Positions 62,598 through 64,000 of a stretch of DNA of 64,000 nt are shown here, in pieces. The first letter of the stretch is position 1, and each line of letters begins with the position of its first letter. The notes under the pieces were generated by a model. That model was given only the letters and a program-made list of their open reading frames with translations. It made no database searches and was not told the origin of the DNA. The stretch is from Waterburya sp. (lineage in GTDB: Bacteria > Cyanobacteriota > Cyanobacteriia > Cyanobacteriales > Xenococcaceae): NCBI GenBank assembly GCA_965217895.1, contig CBDCJV010000002.1:2944001-3008000 (forward strand), written 5' to 3'. The position numbers and the translations under genes were made by a program.

Positions 62598-64000
62598 TTA
62601 TGTAATTAATTGTTTATCTCTCCTAGAGCCAGTTTGTACCCGCCAAAGATTAGTATACACGCCCTCTTTAGCTAACAGTTCTTCGTGGGTCCCCTGTTCG
62701 ATCAGTTGACCATATTCCATTACATAAATACAGTCAGAATGTCTGATAGTAGACAGGCGATGGGCGATCGCAATTGTAGTTCTATTTTGAGTAATTTTTT
62801 CTAGGGAACGAGCGATCGCAGCTTCTGTTTCGTTGTCTACTGCCGAAGTTGCCTCGTCTAAAATCAAGATTGGTGGATCTTTCAAGATGGCTCTGGCGAT
62901 CGCAATTCTTTGCTTTTGTCCTCCAGAAAGTTTTTGTCCCCTTTCTCCTACAACGGTGTCATATCCTTGGGGCAACTCTTGAATAAAGTTATCTGCTTCG
63001 GCAATTTTAGCTGCTTCAACAATTTGATTTATGCTGGCATCAAGAGAGCCATAGCTGATGTTTTCTCTGACAGTACCGTGAAACAAAAATACATCCTGGC
63101 TAACCAAACCAATTGCGCGACGAAGATCCCACAGCACTACGTCTTTGATATCTCGACCATCTAAAGTAATATTGCCTGAGCGTATTTCATAGAGTCGCAA
63201 CAGCAATTTAACTAGGGTACTTTTACCCGAACCCGTCGCACCAACTATGGCAATAGTTTGACCTGCGGGGATCTCAAGAGAAAGATTTTCAATTACGGGC
63301 TGTCTTTGATTATAGGCAAAGGTAATATTGTTTATGCTTACCTCTCCTTTTATGGTTGACAGTGGCAAAGCAATATCTCCCGAATGAATGGCAATAGGCG
63401 TATCCAATAAATCCATGACGCGAGTAATAGATGCCATTGCTCTTTGATAGAGGTCAAAGGTTTGTCCTAGACGAGTCAAGGGCCATAATAATCTCTGAGT
63501 CAAAAACACAAGTACGCTATATGTACCCACTGCCAATGTTCCAGATGCAGCTTGAAGACCACCATAAAGCAAAATTGCTGTAAAGCCAGCTAAAATTACC
63601 AGACGAATCAAAGGAATAAAGGCTGCGGATAAAAGAATAGCCTTTTGATTGCTTTTTCTGTAGGCATTGCTGTCTTGTCTCAAACGATCTATCTCATAAG
63701 CTTCTGTGGTAAAGCTTTTAATGGTCGTAATGCCACTAAGATTATTAGATAATCGGGAGTTGAGTAAGCTTACCTTTTCTCGTACTTCAGCATATCTGGG
63801 TGCTAACCATTTTTGAAATGCCACTGAACCCCAGATAATTAGCGGAATAGGAACGATTGCCATCCAAGCAATGTCGGGAGTTAAAACAAAAAATGAACCA
63901 CCAATAACTAGTGCTGTAGTAATTACTTGAATAATTTCATTAGCACCAACGTCCAAGAATCTTTCTAGCTGATTGATGTCATCATTGAGAACAGATAATA
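62598..64000 (-). CDS. ABC exporter, fused permease/ATPase (5' end outside the window)
   Basis: TM domain, then [24 protein letters not shown] and AHRLST. Confidence 0.93.
   Translation of the reverse strand, partial: LSVLNDDINQLERFLDVGANEIIQVITTALVIGGSFFVLTPDIAWMAIVPIPLIIWGSVAFQKWLAPRYAEVREKVSLLNSRLSNNLSGITTIKSFTTEAYEIDRLRQDSNAYRKSNQKAILLSAAFIPLIRLVILAGFTAILLYGGLQAASGTLAVGTYSVLVFLTQRLLWPLTRLGQTFDLYQRAMASITRVMDLLDTPIAIHSGDIALPLSTIKGEVSINNITFAYNQRQPVIENLSLEIPAGQTIAIVGATGSGKSTLVKLLLRLYEIRSGNITLDGRDIKDVVLWDLRRAIGLVSQDVFLFHGTVRENISYGSLDASINQIVEAAKIAEADNFIQELPQGYDTVVGERGQKLSGGQKQRIAIARAILKDPPILILDEATSAVDNETEAAIARSLEKITQNRTTIAIAHRLSTIRHSDCIYVMEYGQLIEQGTHEELLAKEGVYTNLWRVQTGSRRDKQLIT

Noticed and set aside
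1686..63164. Many short antisense or nested ORFs in the track (e.g. 1686-1883, 10236-10532, 34491-34781, 50077-50379, 54786-55184, 58783-59136)
   Set aside because: Shadow frames of well-supported genes on the other strand or frame.
1..64000. CRISPR array or cas genes
   Set aside because: No regularly spaced repeat-spacer array was seen; the repeats are dispersed palindromes, MITEs or heptamer runs.

Overview
Chromosomal window from an AT-rich cyanobacterium. Evidence: dozens of HIP1 GCGATCGC sites, phycoerythrin linker and lyase genes, and cphB-cphA; it is probably a phycoerythrin-containing strain. Most of the window is housekeeping or stress genes: trmD, cphBA, glyS, clpR-clpP, mgsA-DAGK, splB, alaS, metH, nei, leuC, hemE, moaC. 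The best candidate for an undescribed system lies at 20.4-28.0 kb. There, two divergent promoter regions carry four copies of one 11-bp-period direct-repeat motif, two of them identical over 25 bp. The motif links a GT2-GtrA fusion, two paralogous multi-TM DUF6798-like proteins, an LptF/G permease, a small secreted protein and an OB-fold/RTX protein, which suggests a co-regulated envelope-glycosylation regulon. Other notable items: REP-like palindromes translated in frame inside alaS; a dispersed repeat that replaced a gene's C-terminus; a two-TA-module islet with a DNA polymerase A fragment between convergent tRNA-Met and tRNA-Arg genes; a DUF1611 plus PLP-racemase operon; a decayed IS630 with a sibling MITE; a MITE with an 8-bp TSD; gene remnants broken at HIP1 sites; and small ORFs missing from the ORF track. 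All family calls are by eye from motifs; no searches were run.
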